Shown here in pieces: positions 23,952-37,965 of a stretch of 64,000 nucleotides of DNA. Origin of the DNA: Amoeboaphelidium protococcarum X5. Taxonomy: Eukaryota; Fungi; Aphelidiomycota. A program made the translations under genes and the position numbers. A model generated the notes under the pieces. That model searched no databases. It worked only from the letters and a program-made list of their open reading frames with translations, and was not told the DNA's origin. Within the stretch, counting starts at the first letter, position 1; every line of letters starts with the position of its first letter. Where the stretch lies: positions 62,001 to 126,000 of the forward strand of contig JALDTO010000142.1 in assembly GCA_023515725.1 (NCBI GenBank). The letters are read 5' to 3'.

Positions 23952-25016
23952 TCATTTCAATTCTGTAAAGAAGATCTTGTCCCAAAACTTTGAAGTAATT
24001 CCATAGCCACTATGAAAGTCCTTGTAATGATGCAGCATGTGGTAGCTTTTCATTTCTTTCAAATGCGACAAGTAAAATCTGCTGTGATGCAACGCGTAAT
24101 GCGTCATGTCATAGAGTACGTATCCAATAACGCCACCACTCAGTACACCGTACGCAGTGGCCAGAGTGCAAGTCGACAACAGCAATTTCCAAAACATTAC
24201 CAGAATAGGCAGAGCTAAGGCGGGCGGGAACACGAGTCTGTACCTGTCCATAGGTAAAAAGTGGTGCACGCCGTGGAATGTGAAATGCAGTATAAGAGCA
24301 ATCTTATTATCTGGCAACTAATCGTCAATGTGGAAGAGAAACCGGTGCAGCATATACTCCATAAAAGTCCAAAGGGCCAGCCCAAACACAAACAGCTTGA
24401 CGGATTCAGCATTACCATTAGCCATCATAGACTGATAGAACAGGTGGCAACTATACGGAATCCATAGGAGTGGAACAAGCCACCAAGGCGTCCTTGAGAA
24501 CACTTCCAGAAAGCCATATTGGAAGAAACGAGCAGTGTGATTCAAATGATGCGGAGTGTGGATAAGCTTCAAATATTCCTACTTGCTGAGATTGAGATTC
24601 CAAATTTACAAAAATATTGGCTTATCAAAGTCTACGTACTTGCTGACAGAGCTTACTTTATCCATCTCGCTGCCGCTGGCCACGTACTCGCCATTGATTG
24701 TGCTACTCTCGGCTTCAATTTAATTCATTAGCAAGTCAGAGTTGGAGCCAGCGGTTAAGGAGCCAACGTAATAATCTTCCATCATATTCATGGCAGCATC
24801 AGAGTGGGCATGAAATGACACGTCTTGCATGACATAGGTGATGTCTTGACCATGGTAATCCAAAAGAATATCGCCACCCGGATGGCTCTCCACAAAATCC
24901 GTGACATCATACACTTTATTCTTGTAAATGAGCAAAGGGCGGCGGAGAGAAGACTTGGACTCCACCTCATCCCTGCTCCATGATTTTTATGGCTACTTGG
25001 AGGCTCCCTGAGTCAT
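23952..25016 (-). CDS. SCS7: Sphingolipid fatty-acid 2-hydroxylase with N-terminal cytochrome b5 domain
   Basis: VYDVTDFVESHPGG (b5); EYMLHRFLFH, HGVHHFLPMDRYRLVFPP, YDMTHYALHH, YHMLHHYK, GITSKFWDKIF. 354 aa. Confidence 0.95.
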
Positions 25017-25517
25017 TATAATACTATAATTATTTTATCCAAATGAAGTCTTGCAAATTTCTTTTTTAATTAGGTATTTCCAGTCGCTCTACAATTTCAC
25101 AGTGAAGAAAATGGCAGAGTGGCTGAGTCAAGCAAAACTGACTGATTCACAGCTCTGAAAAATATAAGAACAATTACGCAAGCCACGCAATCGTTTGCAC
25201 ATGAATTATTATTGCCTCACAAGCGGTCACACGGATTTGGTCTCGCGGTTATTTTAAGGGGTCGGATTGTGTGCCTTGTCTCCGTGCTGCTCTCGCTTTC
25301 GCACTGGCTCTGTTCGTAGGTAGTTTAGCAACGAATCAGCGATTTGCAATGAGATTAAAGAGGAACGTGATTTGCTGCAATCTAGCTTTATATTGCATCC
25401 AATCAGCATATAGCTTTATCATAACTGGCACTTTCAACGCATTCTTCTGCTGATATTGCCACCTTCTTATTCCCATCATCAACTTGATAACTATTAAACT
25501 CACTTAGACTTGAAACA

Positions 25518-26798
<1,281 letters not shown>

Positions 26799-27138
26799 AT
26801 TGAATACATTGGTGAAGATTTGATTGGCTTGAAATGAATTTGAATTGAATGAAGTTGTATGAATGGTGAATGCAATGAATGATTTTGTAAACGAGAATAT
26901 TTTTGAATTTTCGAATACTTGTAGTAGCAGTAATAATGCCTTTTTTCATTGACATTGTCGGCTTTGAAAAGGCACGTACTGTCGGCGACCCTGCTATGCA
27001 TTCATCATCCAATTCCAAGTCATAAGTTGGCCCAACATACTGTATAATTTACTGATCAACTTATTCATTTCATTTCATTCAGTCATTAAATTATCATTGA
27101 AAACAATTTAAGTATTGAATAACGAATCAATTGTATAA

Positions 27139-27828
27139 ATGGCTTGGTATTGTAGTGCTGCAAGCAACTCCAAATTGGTGGAGAATTTAGTAAAGGTTGG
27201 CGTCGTGCGTGATGAGCGCGTTGTACAAGCCATGAAACAAACGGATAGAGCTTTCTATGCGCCTCACCTGCCATATCAAGACAGTCCTCAATACATTAGT
27301 TATGGTGCTACTATATCTGCTCCTCATATGCATGCGCATGCTCTACAAGCAGTTTCAGAGTATTTGAGACGTGAAAATTGTAATGTGTTGGACGTTGGTA
27401 GCGGCAGTGGCTATCTTAGTGCATGCTTTGCTAGAGCAATTGGGCCCACTGGACATGTAGTCGGAATTGATCACGTACCATCATTAGTTGACCAGTCAAT
27501 TGAAAACGTCCGGCGAGATGACGCGACACTTATCGAGAGTGGACGATTGCAATTAATAGCTGGCGATGGTCGTAAAGGTTATCCGTAGGGAGGTCCATAT
27601 GATGTAATCCACGTTGGTGCAGCATGTCAAGATGAGAATTCATTGTAAAATCTGCAAAACTAGTTGAAGTAGCCTGGAGTATTATTCGTTCCTGTAGAGG
27701 ATAAAGCCGGCGATTAGACAGTGATATTGTATGAAAAGAAGGCCGATGCTGTAATAACTAAAAGACCGCTGTTTGCCGTCAGATACGTGCCGTTAACTTC
27801 TTTGCGCAAATAGACTCGAGAAGAGTGA
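27139..27828 (+). CDS. PCMT1: Protein-L-isoaspartate O-methyltransferase
   Basis: MAW..S..SN..LVENL, ATISAPHMHAHAL, VLDVGSGSGYL, GPYDVIHVGAA, VRYVPLT. Confidence 0.96.
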
Positions 27829-28086
27829 ATGAATATAATTGCAAATTTGTTTCAAATATAATGGTTTTTGTAACTTTATGATTGTGTGAAACGAGTCTAT
27901 TTTCTGATTAAGCGCATTGATGGGGCGCCTTCCTTTCCAGTCCGAGTTTCCGTTTCAGAGTTCTGTTTCACTTCAAAGCGCGTCTCTGCGGTACATTCCA
28001 AAACTCTACTCTTTTCCTTTTAAATAATCCTTATAGCACTAACTCAAGTGATTACGAAAGGTTATTTCAAATCAACTGTGACCAAT

Positions 28087-31000
28087 ATGTCTGAGAATAC
28101 TTAGAATAGTGTTTAATATGAAGGCAATCTTGAAGATTTGAAGTTGGATGCTAAAAATGTCACGTCCACGACTGAGCTCATCAAGAACATGAAGCTGCTT
28201 TTGAATGGTTTGAAGTCACTGGATCAGGAAACAACTGATACCAATTCATTAAATAGTGTGACACGCGAGCTGATTAGTCCAGTAATATTGGCCCATAGGG
28301 ACAAGACTGTGAAGGCTATTGTTTCATGTTGTCTGGCTAATCTACTGCGCTTATATGCTCCTGAAGCTCCATTCTCTCATTCTGAATTGGGCGAGATATT
28401 TGCCCTCTTTATCAGCTAATTGAAGTACATTGAAGATGTCAATAGCCCTTACTTTGCCTACAGTTATACTCTGCTGGAGAGTTTGTCCACCGTGAAGTCT
28501 ATCATTCTGATGACAGAACTTCCTGGTTCTGAGAAGCTGGTGCTTGAGCTATTTCAAGACTTATTCAACAATATACGTCCGACACATAACAATAATGTAT
28601 TTCTATGCTCATTGGATATTTTACATTAGCTTTGTGAAGAATTTACTCTTAATAAGGCGATAATTAAAGTGATCCTGCTGCAATTTGATAAGAAGAACTA
28701 GCTTGCGCGTCCTGCATCTTACAAGCTGGCTTGTGAATTGGTCAGATACTCTAAAGATAGACTGCAGCACTATGTCTCCCAGTATTTTAATGATATAATT
28801 ATGCTGTATGCTCCATCCTCCATAGCTGGCGGTGCTGCACTTGAAGGAGATTCTGATCAGAAGGACACTGCTCTGCTTGATTAGGCACACTCTTTGGTGT
28901 ATGAGTTGTTCAAAGTGACCGATGGTGTCCTGTTGAGTGTCATTCCTTAGCTGGATGCAGAGCTGAAGGTGGATGATCTCCAAATGCGCACCCTGGCAGT
29001 GAAGACTCTTGGAACACTCTTTGCCGAGAAAGGCTCTGACCTAATTAAAAAGTATCCGTCTGTATGGTCGAATTGGTTGGAGAAGAAGAATGACAAAGCT
29101 GTCAACATTCGAAAGTAGTGGCTCGACTATGCTCCATAGTTGTACCGTTTTCATGTTGACATGATTGATCAGCTAAATGCCTCGTTGAGAGTAAAGATTC
29201 TGGATCCGGATGAGAAGGTTCGTGTCAAAGTTATTCAGATCATTCACATTCTGGTCAAAGATAAAGCTGTTGACATTCTCAAAGCAATGGATGTTGGAAT
29301 GCTGATGGAGCTCGGTGATCGTTGCCGTGATAAGAAAGCTATCGTCCGTCATGAAGCAATCAAGACCTTGGGAAGATTGTACAATCTTATGTTTGACATC
29401 ATGCTGAGCCATGGTTCTGACCGTCTGGCTGATTAGTTCGGATGGATTCCAGGTAAACTACTGTCTTGCCTATGTCTTCCAGAGATGGATTCTGCTGCGG
29501 ATATTGAGAGATCCTTTGATGAAGATATACTTCCACCAAACTTGGATGGAGATTTGCGCGCGCATCGTTTGTTATTTGTCTACACCAGTCTAAATTAGCA
29601 ATGCAAAGATGCATTTGGCGTTCTATTGCTTAGACAGCGAGAGTCACTGAAAGGATTCGAGAGCTTTATTAGACTGCTGGCTAGAAAATAGGAGTAAGAA
29701 GGAAAGGTGGACAATGAATTGAACTATGTGGTCAAGTATCTCTCATCGACTCTTCCTGAGCCTACGAAAGCAGCTAATGTCCTGCAGAAATTCGCCAAAT
29801 AGCATGACATCAAAATCTTGAAGATGATGGCTGTTGTCTGTGATGTAAAGACGGATTACAAAGATCGATTGAAGCTGAGAAAGGAGATCATCAAAAGATT
29901 TGAGACGTCAAATAATACAGTGAGTGAAGCTCAGAAGGTTTTCTCTGTTATCATTCGTAGAGCCTGCTGGACTTTTATCGATTAGCTGATGGTACCTCAA
30001 ATCTGTCGAATTGCCTCTGGATAAATTGATGATGGATCTGTAAATGATGCCATTGAGGAGGCTGCTTTATCTCTCGTGCATTCATTATCGAAATGTATCC
30101 CATAGTTGTTTATACAGTAGATTGGTTAGCTAGAGTCTTTGGTCAATCATTAAAGCGCAGCTATTTAGCTTGTCGGTTTGAAAGCAATGGCGAAAGTACT
30201 TGCCGTTTGTAGAACGCCTGTGAAGCTGAATGAAATGGTGCTGTATAGTCTTAAGGAATGTATGTTAAACAGTTCAGCGCCTCATGCAAAATACGCTGTC
30301 AAAGTTATCAGCTATTCAGACCGGGAAAGCAGCAAAGAAGTTGTCTCTGAGATTGTTGAGGAAGTGAATTAACATTTGATTTGCGAAGATTATCCTCGCT
30401 TGGCTTCTATCCTCACTACTGCCACTGGCCTGATTAAGCATTATGAGAATTCAGGGATCAAGTTTAATGATATCTATTACTTTGTGATCAATAATCTTTT
30501 GAAGGCGAATGAAAGCTCTGTGCAAGCCGAAGAAGATGTGATGGTTGTGGACGAAATGCTGACTGATGAACTTCGCGCTAAACTAGCCGGCATTCGATTC
30601 CTCGTAATGTATGCTGTTGTGGCATCCATTGCTTAATTTGAAGACTGGCAGTAAGTATGCATGAAGATTGTTGATCTATTAGTTAAAATAATCGAGGCTG
30701 AAGGGGATTGTACATTCGACGGCACGACTTGTAAGGCGTTTAAAGTCTATTTAAGATTGGAAGCTGCTCTGGCTATGCTTAAAGTGTGCAAGTAGCTTCC
30801 TATCGAATAGCTCATCACCACTGAGCAGTTTTATGTGTTGGCATTTGTTACGCAAGATCCATGCTTTGAAGTGCGCGAAAAATTTCTCAGGAAGCTTTTG
30901 AAGTACATTGACGATACTAAAATTGCTATGAGGTATGTCACGCTGCCTTTTATGGTTGCGTATGAACCAATTAAAAGTCTGTATGATTATGTAAAATGCG

Positions 31001-31707
31001 CTTTAGTAAAATTGCATAAGAATCTGCGTACGAATCCTGAAATGTTGGGACTGGAGTCTGTTCTACCTCGTCTGATCCATTTGCTGGCTCGTCATCCCGA
31101 CTTTGGAACATCATCGGAGGATCTGAAGCTGTTCGTCAAATACTTTGAATTTTTTTTGAGTATAGTGGCCAATAATGAGAATGTCTCCTATTTATACTTT
31201 ATCGCGACGAAGCTTAAGACTGTCAAAGATAGATTGAGCGATTCTAACGCGATATATGTCTTGGCCGACCTGTGCTAACTGATATGTCAGGATTTGAGTC
31301 ATTCACATGGCTGGGCTCTTATCTCATATCATGGTAGTCTCATTCTTCCTCCTGCTCTATATGCTCCCATCACAAATCAGGCCTAGATCAAGGCCAACAT
31401 TAATAAGCTGTTCTTACCTGATGACATCAGCTCAACTTACAAGTCTGTGAAAGTTATCAGAACTGAAGCTGTGTCCAAAAGTCATAACAATGGCAAGCTA
31501 AAGTCAAATGAGACGTCTCCAGCTGACACTAAAGTATAAAGTAAATCTAAAAAGCAGAAGAAGGCTCAAGTACAAGATGAAGATTTGGAGGAGTCTGATG
31601 ATGATGATGGATAATCCGCTGTGGCTGAGGATGATGAATTTGTGAAACCTCAAATTGTTACGGAGACTAGTCGTTCCAAGAGAGCACGCAAAGCACGCAA
31701 GTTGTGA
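28087..31707 (+). CDS. PDS5: Sister chromatid cohesion protein Pds5 (1206 aa, intronless)
   Basis: VSCCLANLLRLYAPEAPFS, YTLLESLSTVKS, LLSVIPQLDAELKVDD, DPDEKVR, RCRDKKAIVR, LPRLIHLLARHPDF. Confidence 0.95.
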
Positions 31708-31771
31708 ATATTACCATAGGTATTGTGCTGGATGATTATGATGATTAGTATGTCATTGTTGTTGTTTGAAT

Positions 31772-33200
31772 TCATATCACTTTTTATTATTTCAGTTTCT
31801 GAATTTTAGCATCGTCATAGTGAAGTAAATTTCGAAGTATATCCTCGGTATCCTAGCCTAGAACAGGAGGTGCCCGTGATACCTCACAGTCAAAGTCACT
31901 AAATCTAACCGGACTGCCCACGACTTTCACGTCACCATACGAAGGATGATGCACTTTCTTTACTATACCGCGAGCCTTAGTTTGCGCATGCTCAAACGCC
32001 TATTAAACGTCGTTAATAGGCCCGTGTACAAGTCCACTACCTTCTAGTAGTTTCATCCAATAGTGAGTAGATTGAGACCGGAAACGCTGTGCCATAATTG
32101 ACACCAACTCTTCACGATGCTTAACTCGATCAGCATTTGTCTTGAATTTACTTTAATCTAATACCTTTGAAAGTTCTAACAAGGTGACCAATTTTTTAAA
32201 TTAAGTATCATTAACAGCAGCGACCACAATTCCAGAGTCTGCAGTCTTGAAAGCTTAATATGGGACAATAGAGGCGTGCGCAGTTCCATATCTTGAACCT
32301 TTGTCACCTGCAATAAGATAGTTACTCGCAATATTAGCCATAGTGGCGAGTTGAGTTTCGAATAAGTTGACATCAATATGTTACCCTTTATCAGTCTTTT
32401 GTCTCATGAGCAGAGCTGCCATTATAGCGCCATGAGCATACAATCCTACAAGATCAGTAGATAGACATTATGAAAAGCTATTACTCATACAGCTTATAAA
32501 ATCAATTTACCTGTGGAAATGTCAGTGATGGCTACACCGACCTTTACAGGATCTCCATCAGCTTCACCGGTAACATGCATAAGTCCACCTTCCGCCTCGA
32601 TAATAACATCATATCCGGGTCTACTAGCATAAGGGCCAGTCTAGCCATAGCCGGATATAGATGCGTAGATTAAGCGCGAATTCACTGTCTGGTGAATCTA
32701 TTCAAATCCCAGACCATACTCTGCAAGTTTACCCGGGAGATAATTTTCAACTAAAACATCAGACACCGCGGCAAGTTATCTTATAATATCCGCACCCTCC
32801 TTAGAACGTATATCCACAGTTATGGAAGTCTTATTTCGATTTACGGCCAAGAAGTAGGCAGTCTATGGACTCTCAAACCCATCCTAATCAGTAGACGGAG
32901 GAGTCCAACTCCGAGTATCATCACCTATTATGGGCCTTTCAACTTTGATCACTTCAGCTCTACATATAAATGCACACTAATGAATTGAGATGACAATCAG
33001 CTATGGCATCACATTATATGTATTGAGAATATTCAGAATTACCCAAGATCTCCAAGCAGCTATGTACAGAAGGGTCCAGCAAGGACGCGCGTCAAATCTA
33101 ACACTCGGATTCCACTTAAAGGTAACGGGGCTTTATGACTGGTACATATTACATTCGAAAATCTCCTTCTACCCAGTTGATACAATCGTCCAAAGTTCAT
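31772..33200 (-). CDS. Family III CoA-transferase (CaiB/BaiF, SUGCT-like); 2 introns (32960-33042, 32446-32510)
   Basis: [27 protein letters not shown]|[57 protein letters not shown]. Confidence 0.93.
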
Positions 33201-33365
33201 CTCAATTTAAATCTAATCTCAACTAAAATCCTTTGAAAGAGCGAACGTAATTCATTAAATACCCCTGATTAAATATTAGGAGATTAACGCGTTTAAAGGT
33301 TCATTTTCTGATATTATAACATCTTCTGCATCAAATCATTGTTACTAGATAGCGTAATATACAAC

Positions 33366-34865
33366 ATGAAGTATTCTGTGGATAATGTAGATTCTCTTAA
33401 ATAGAAAATTAAAGAGTCGAAAGATGAAGGCAATCGATTTGTGGCAGAGTAAAAGTACAAGCAGGCGATTTAATGTTATACCAATGCACTGAGCATATAT
33501 GCCAATGATTGTGTTAGAAATCAATTTCGATTACCATACATTGCAGACTAATTGCTTGGCAGCGATTTTACTAGAGTCCATCTGGATACTGATAATAAGA
33601 TACAAAAATCTTTTGGACAGGCAGTCAGTAATGTTGGGCGATTCTTTAGGAATCTAATGGATGATAGTGATGGCGATCGGGATGATGGCGGTTCATCAAC
33701 GTCTACAAATGTCAGCAAGTATAGTCATGACTTTTAATCTTGGGCCGAGCTTAATTCCAGCATGTTGAAAGAGTTTGATATTCATATTCTGTTCTCTAAC
33801 AGATCTTATGCAATCAGTTAATCTGTTAGTGTAATTGAACAGCCGCCTTCAATGGCTTAATGTGCTCTGGATGATGCTAAACGGTCCATAATGATCGATC
33901 ATCGCTGGTTCAAAGCGCACGTCAGAGCTGGTGATGCGTGCTGCTAAATGTATAAATACGAAGAAGCTTTGCATTATTATTGCGCTGCAGTGGATTGCAA
34001 AGTTCCTAAGGATGATGAACGATAGAAAATATAGTTAAAGATTGTCTACGCCAACTCAATGCTCCATCTACAAGCTGATCATGTGAAGGTGATTTAGATG
34101 CTGGCAGGACATGATTTTGCTTCTAATCAGACCACGTCAGTTCTATCATCGATAAATCCAGTGACCAAGATCATAAACGGATTCGCCGCATCACTGTAGA
34201 ATTTTGTTTATATTATTGTCTGTGAACACAGTAGGAAATGCGTACTCGTCGATGTGTGCTGGGATGTATAGACAATCTTGGACTTTTGCGCTTAGATGAA
34301 GTTTCAAGTGGTTGGCTCTGTGGTCACTCATTAGCACTTTGATCATGTCGGTGGGAAGCCACCTGAGCCGTACAGTCAATATGGAGTCACCGTGGAAGGA
34401 GTTGCTACAGTTCTTCGTAAACTTGGTCCGTCAGTTACAGCTTATATTCATCCGGAAGATATTGATGAAGTACTGCGCGGTAATCCTGATATGACGCGAG
34501 ATTAGATAACACCAACCTCTGATGGATTCAACCTTCGGGTGGGAACTTGCGTCAATCTTGAATTTATTCACACGCCTGGACACACTAAAGGATCTTAATG
34601 CATTCTTGTGAATGGAATCTCCCTCCTCAGCGGTGATACTTTATTCATCAATTCCATCGGAAGATTGGACTTTCCAGAGTCTGATAAACGGCTAATGTAT
34701 GTATCATTGCAGAAGATCAAAGCACTGGCGCCTCAAAACAATGAAGATATAATCGTGCTTAGCGGCCATGCTTACGGTGGGCGATTTAGCTCTCTAAAGA
34801 GGGAGATGTAAAAAAATAAGAACCTCATGGCGGAAACTCTTAGTGATTTTATTAAATTGACATGA
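33366..34865 (+). CDS. TPR + metallo-beta-lactamase-fold (glyoxalase II-like) fusion protein (499 aa)
   Basis: TPR KDEGNRFVAEQKYKQAIQCYTNAL, LFSNRS, WFKAHVRAG; MBL VVTHQHFDHVGG, HTPGHTKGS, LSGDTLF, SGHAYG. Confidence 0.88.
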
Positions 34866-35104
34866 TAATAATGAATAAAATGTTGTAATTCTATTTGGAT
34901 CGAATGCGAAACATCCTTTTAGTTGAAATGATGATCCAATCAGAATGTGTGACCGTCACTATAACAATGCATATGATGGTTACTTGTGCTCACTTTGCGA
35001 TAGCACTGTCAAGTCGCTATAGCCAGTTTAACTTTTTCCTCTGTTTGACTTTTAAGCTTCCACCATTAATAGAAGGTATCGAGATAATAATCACACGAAG
35101 ACCA

Positions 35105-37564
35105 ATGATTGTTGCTAACTGGTTGATTGCTACCTTTGCACTGCTACCAGTAATCAGCCCTCAGCTTGCCCCAGTGGACATGTCCATCACGACTAGCTAA
35201 GATGTAAAGGTATCTGGCTTGGACTCTGCTGGTAATTTCTATCTTTATGGAAGGTACAGTGGTGGATAAAATCATCAGATATATTCTGCAAATGGATCAT
35301 CGATTAGTTTCACGCCCAACTAAGGTGGGTTGGTAGATTCTTACATGGCAAAGTATGATACACGTGGCCTACTGCAATGGGTGGTTTATGCTAATGGAGC
35401 TGATAGAGACGATTATATACACGGATTTCATATTGATGCTCAAGACAATCTGATGGTGGTATATTGGGCCCAGTCGAATAACTTTACCGTGTTCAAAGTG
35501 GACTAGACGAGGAGCCGTTCTTTTCCAAAAATTGGTGCATCTCAGTCGGTAGTTTGTAAGTTTGGCTCAAATGGTACGCTCTTGAGGTCTGCCAGATTTG
35601 ATGGTAATCGGACTTGGAATGTGGCAGATTATAGTGCGATGGGTCCAAATGGCTATTTTCTCGTCCATTTGTGGAATAGTTACGGGGGCTACCCTAATAA
35701 TCCATTGCTCCTTTATAATGACGGTAATTAACTTTAAGCTTCAAGCAATGGTGGTGGTCATTATTTTATGATGGACAACAATCTTAATTACATGTACCAT
35801 CTCTCGGAATATACTTTTGCTTATGAAGTCATAGTGAATATAGACTCTAACGGATGGCTTTATTTCTTAGAGACAGCATATGGAAATGTTTCTATCTACG
35901 ACACATCCGGCAGAGCGATAAGAGCGCCATCCACTACTGGCTCGGAATGTCCTCTCCTGGTTTTCAATTAGACTGGACATTTCTAGTACTACTTGCGCTT
36001 CTCCGGACACGGGAATGAAATAGCTGTCGGTATTGCATTTGATAGTCAGAATTAAGGATACTTTTCTATGAAGTCTGACAACCAATTCAAAGTTTACAAT
36101 GCATCTAATGTGGCGGTACTTACAGTTGGTTAAAATAACACCAATGGATCTTACATCTTCAAATTGTCTGGTGGAAGCAGCATTTTGTAGTGGTATTCTA
36201 TTACAGGCGGTTCTAGTAATGAGATTCAATTATTGTTGGATAATTAAGGCGCAAAGTACCTTGTAGGAGTTACTGACGCTTAATTGATAACATACTCGTC
36301 GTTGACTAATTCAAGCCTCTCATTTTCCCGTCCTGTGGCATCTTAATACGGAATTATCATGATGCTGAGCTAGAGCGATTACGTCCTAGGAGTAACTTAC
36401 ATTTATTCGAATGGTAGTGCGGTTGATTTGGCATCTGGCGTGGTGATTGCCCGTGGCTCTATGCATATAACTTATCAGTCTTAATCTAACTCGATTGATA
36501 TAGCCAACATGAATGGACTAAAATAAACTTTCCTAGGCGGTTGTCGATTTATTAAAATTGGGAATCTGACTTAATTGGTAGAACCTTAGTATAATCAAAC
36601 TACAACCTCTACTACTTAAAGTCTCTCTGTGGCCTCCACTATCTTTGCTGCTTCCTCGTCATCATCCATCCTGGTCACCACAAGCATTAGTACTTCAGTG
36701 CCTTCTCCGTCATCATCGAGTTTTTCCTCTACATTGACCACTAACACGTCCTTGATAGTAACAAGCACGTCAACCGTTCGTTCTACATTGTCAAGCAGTA
36801 GTAGCACGTCATTGACTGTCACCAGCACGTAGACTATCAGTTTTACAATGTCGAGTATTAATAGCGCGTCATTGATTCTAACAAGCACGCCGACCGTCCG
36901 TTCTACATTGTCAAGTAGTAGTATCAGTATCAGTAGGAGTAGCAGTAGCACGTATCCGACTGTCATTACCAGTACAGGAACTATGTCGATTCCTGATGCC
37001 ACTATATAATCCACACCTGTCCTGTCAAGTGTGCTCACATCATCTGACATATTGAGTACTAGCTCGTCTATCGCGTCAATTTAGTCTCCTTTGCAGTCAG
37101 TGTAAGAGCTATCGACACTGATTTAGTCGTCGGCATCGGTGAAAAGCATCTCCTCTTCGGTACCTTCCTCTGAATAGCTTACAAAGGTTAGTGGCACTGT
37201 TACTTGGACGCTTTTGTAATTCAATGCTCCCAGCGGCGGTAATAATGGCAAGTCGTATTAAACAACTGACGATCAAGGAGACAACAGAGACAGATCAGGC
37301 GCGGCAAATAATCTCAATCAGAATGCCATCAATCTGACTTCGATTATTTCAATACTGGCTGGAGTATTTAGTCTGATCATTTTCTCTGTTGGCATTGCAA
37401 TGTGGTTGCGTGTCAGATCTCGAAAAAGAAGAAGAATGTAGCAGGCTACCAAGTCAATGACGCAAGTAGGGGGTACTACGGTTCTGAACAACACCATCCC
37501 TTTGTACATGTCAAGCATTAATGCTACGGTTGGTCTCACTCAGTTGCCTCCGAATTAACAATGA
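35105..37564 (+). CDS. Type I membrane/surface protein: signal peptide, beta-propeller-like ectodomain, Ser/Thr-rich stalk, TM helix, short tail (819 aa)
   Basis: MIVANWLIATFALL...; repeated blade-like units (GLDSAGNFYLYG, SYMAKYDTRGLLQW, IDAQDNL, IDSNGWLY); S/T stalk at 36600-37200; TM IISILAGVFSLIIFSVGIAMWL followed by RVRSRKRRR. Confidence 0.8.
36746..36990 (+). repeat. Degenerate ~60-bp (20-aa) coding tandem repeat, about 4 units
   Basis: TSLIVTSTSTVRSTLSSSSS / TSLTVTSTQTISFTMSSINS / ASLILTSTPTVRSTLSSSSI..; units 1 and 3 are most alike. Confidence 0.7.
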
Positions 37565-37965
37565 AGTCAAATCGCTGATATGAATAAAAGGTTTGAAAGT
37601 GTCATTGCTTCCTTAAAAGTTTTATACAACATATAATGTAAGGGCGTTAAAAGCAATTCTGTATCGAGTCACTGCGATCTTTCATCACTTGTTTCAGCCG
37701 GATGCAACAGGGGTAAATGAGCTCACACTAACCCCACGCTGATTTACTTATTTACTTTCAATAACTATCCGCAATAAGTATCCACAAGAGTTCACTATAA
37801 ATGGTGATTGAAGGTGTGAAATCTATTCAGAGGATCAAGCAAGTGCACATCAGTAATACATAAATGTGCTATTAAACTGAAAGCTCAAAGCGATATTATA
37901 TCTCTTAATCAATAACGATTATATTCTAAGTCTAAAAGCCATCAATCAATCAACCATTCATTCAT

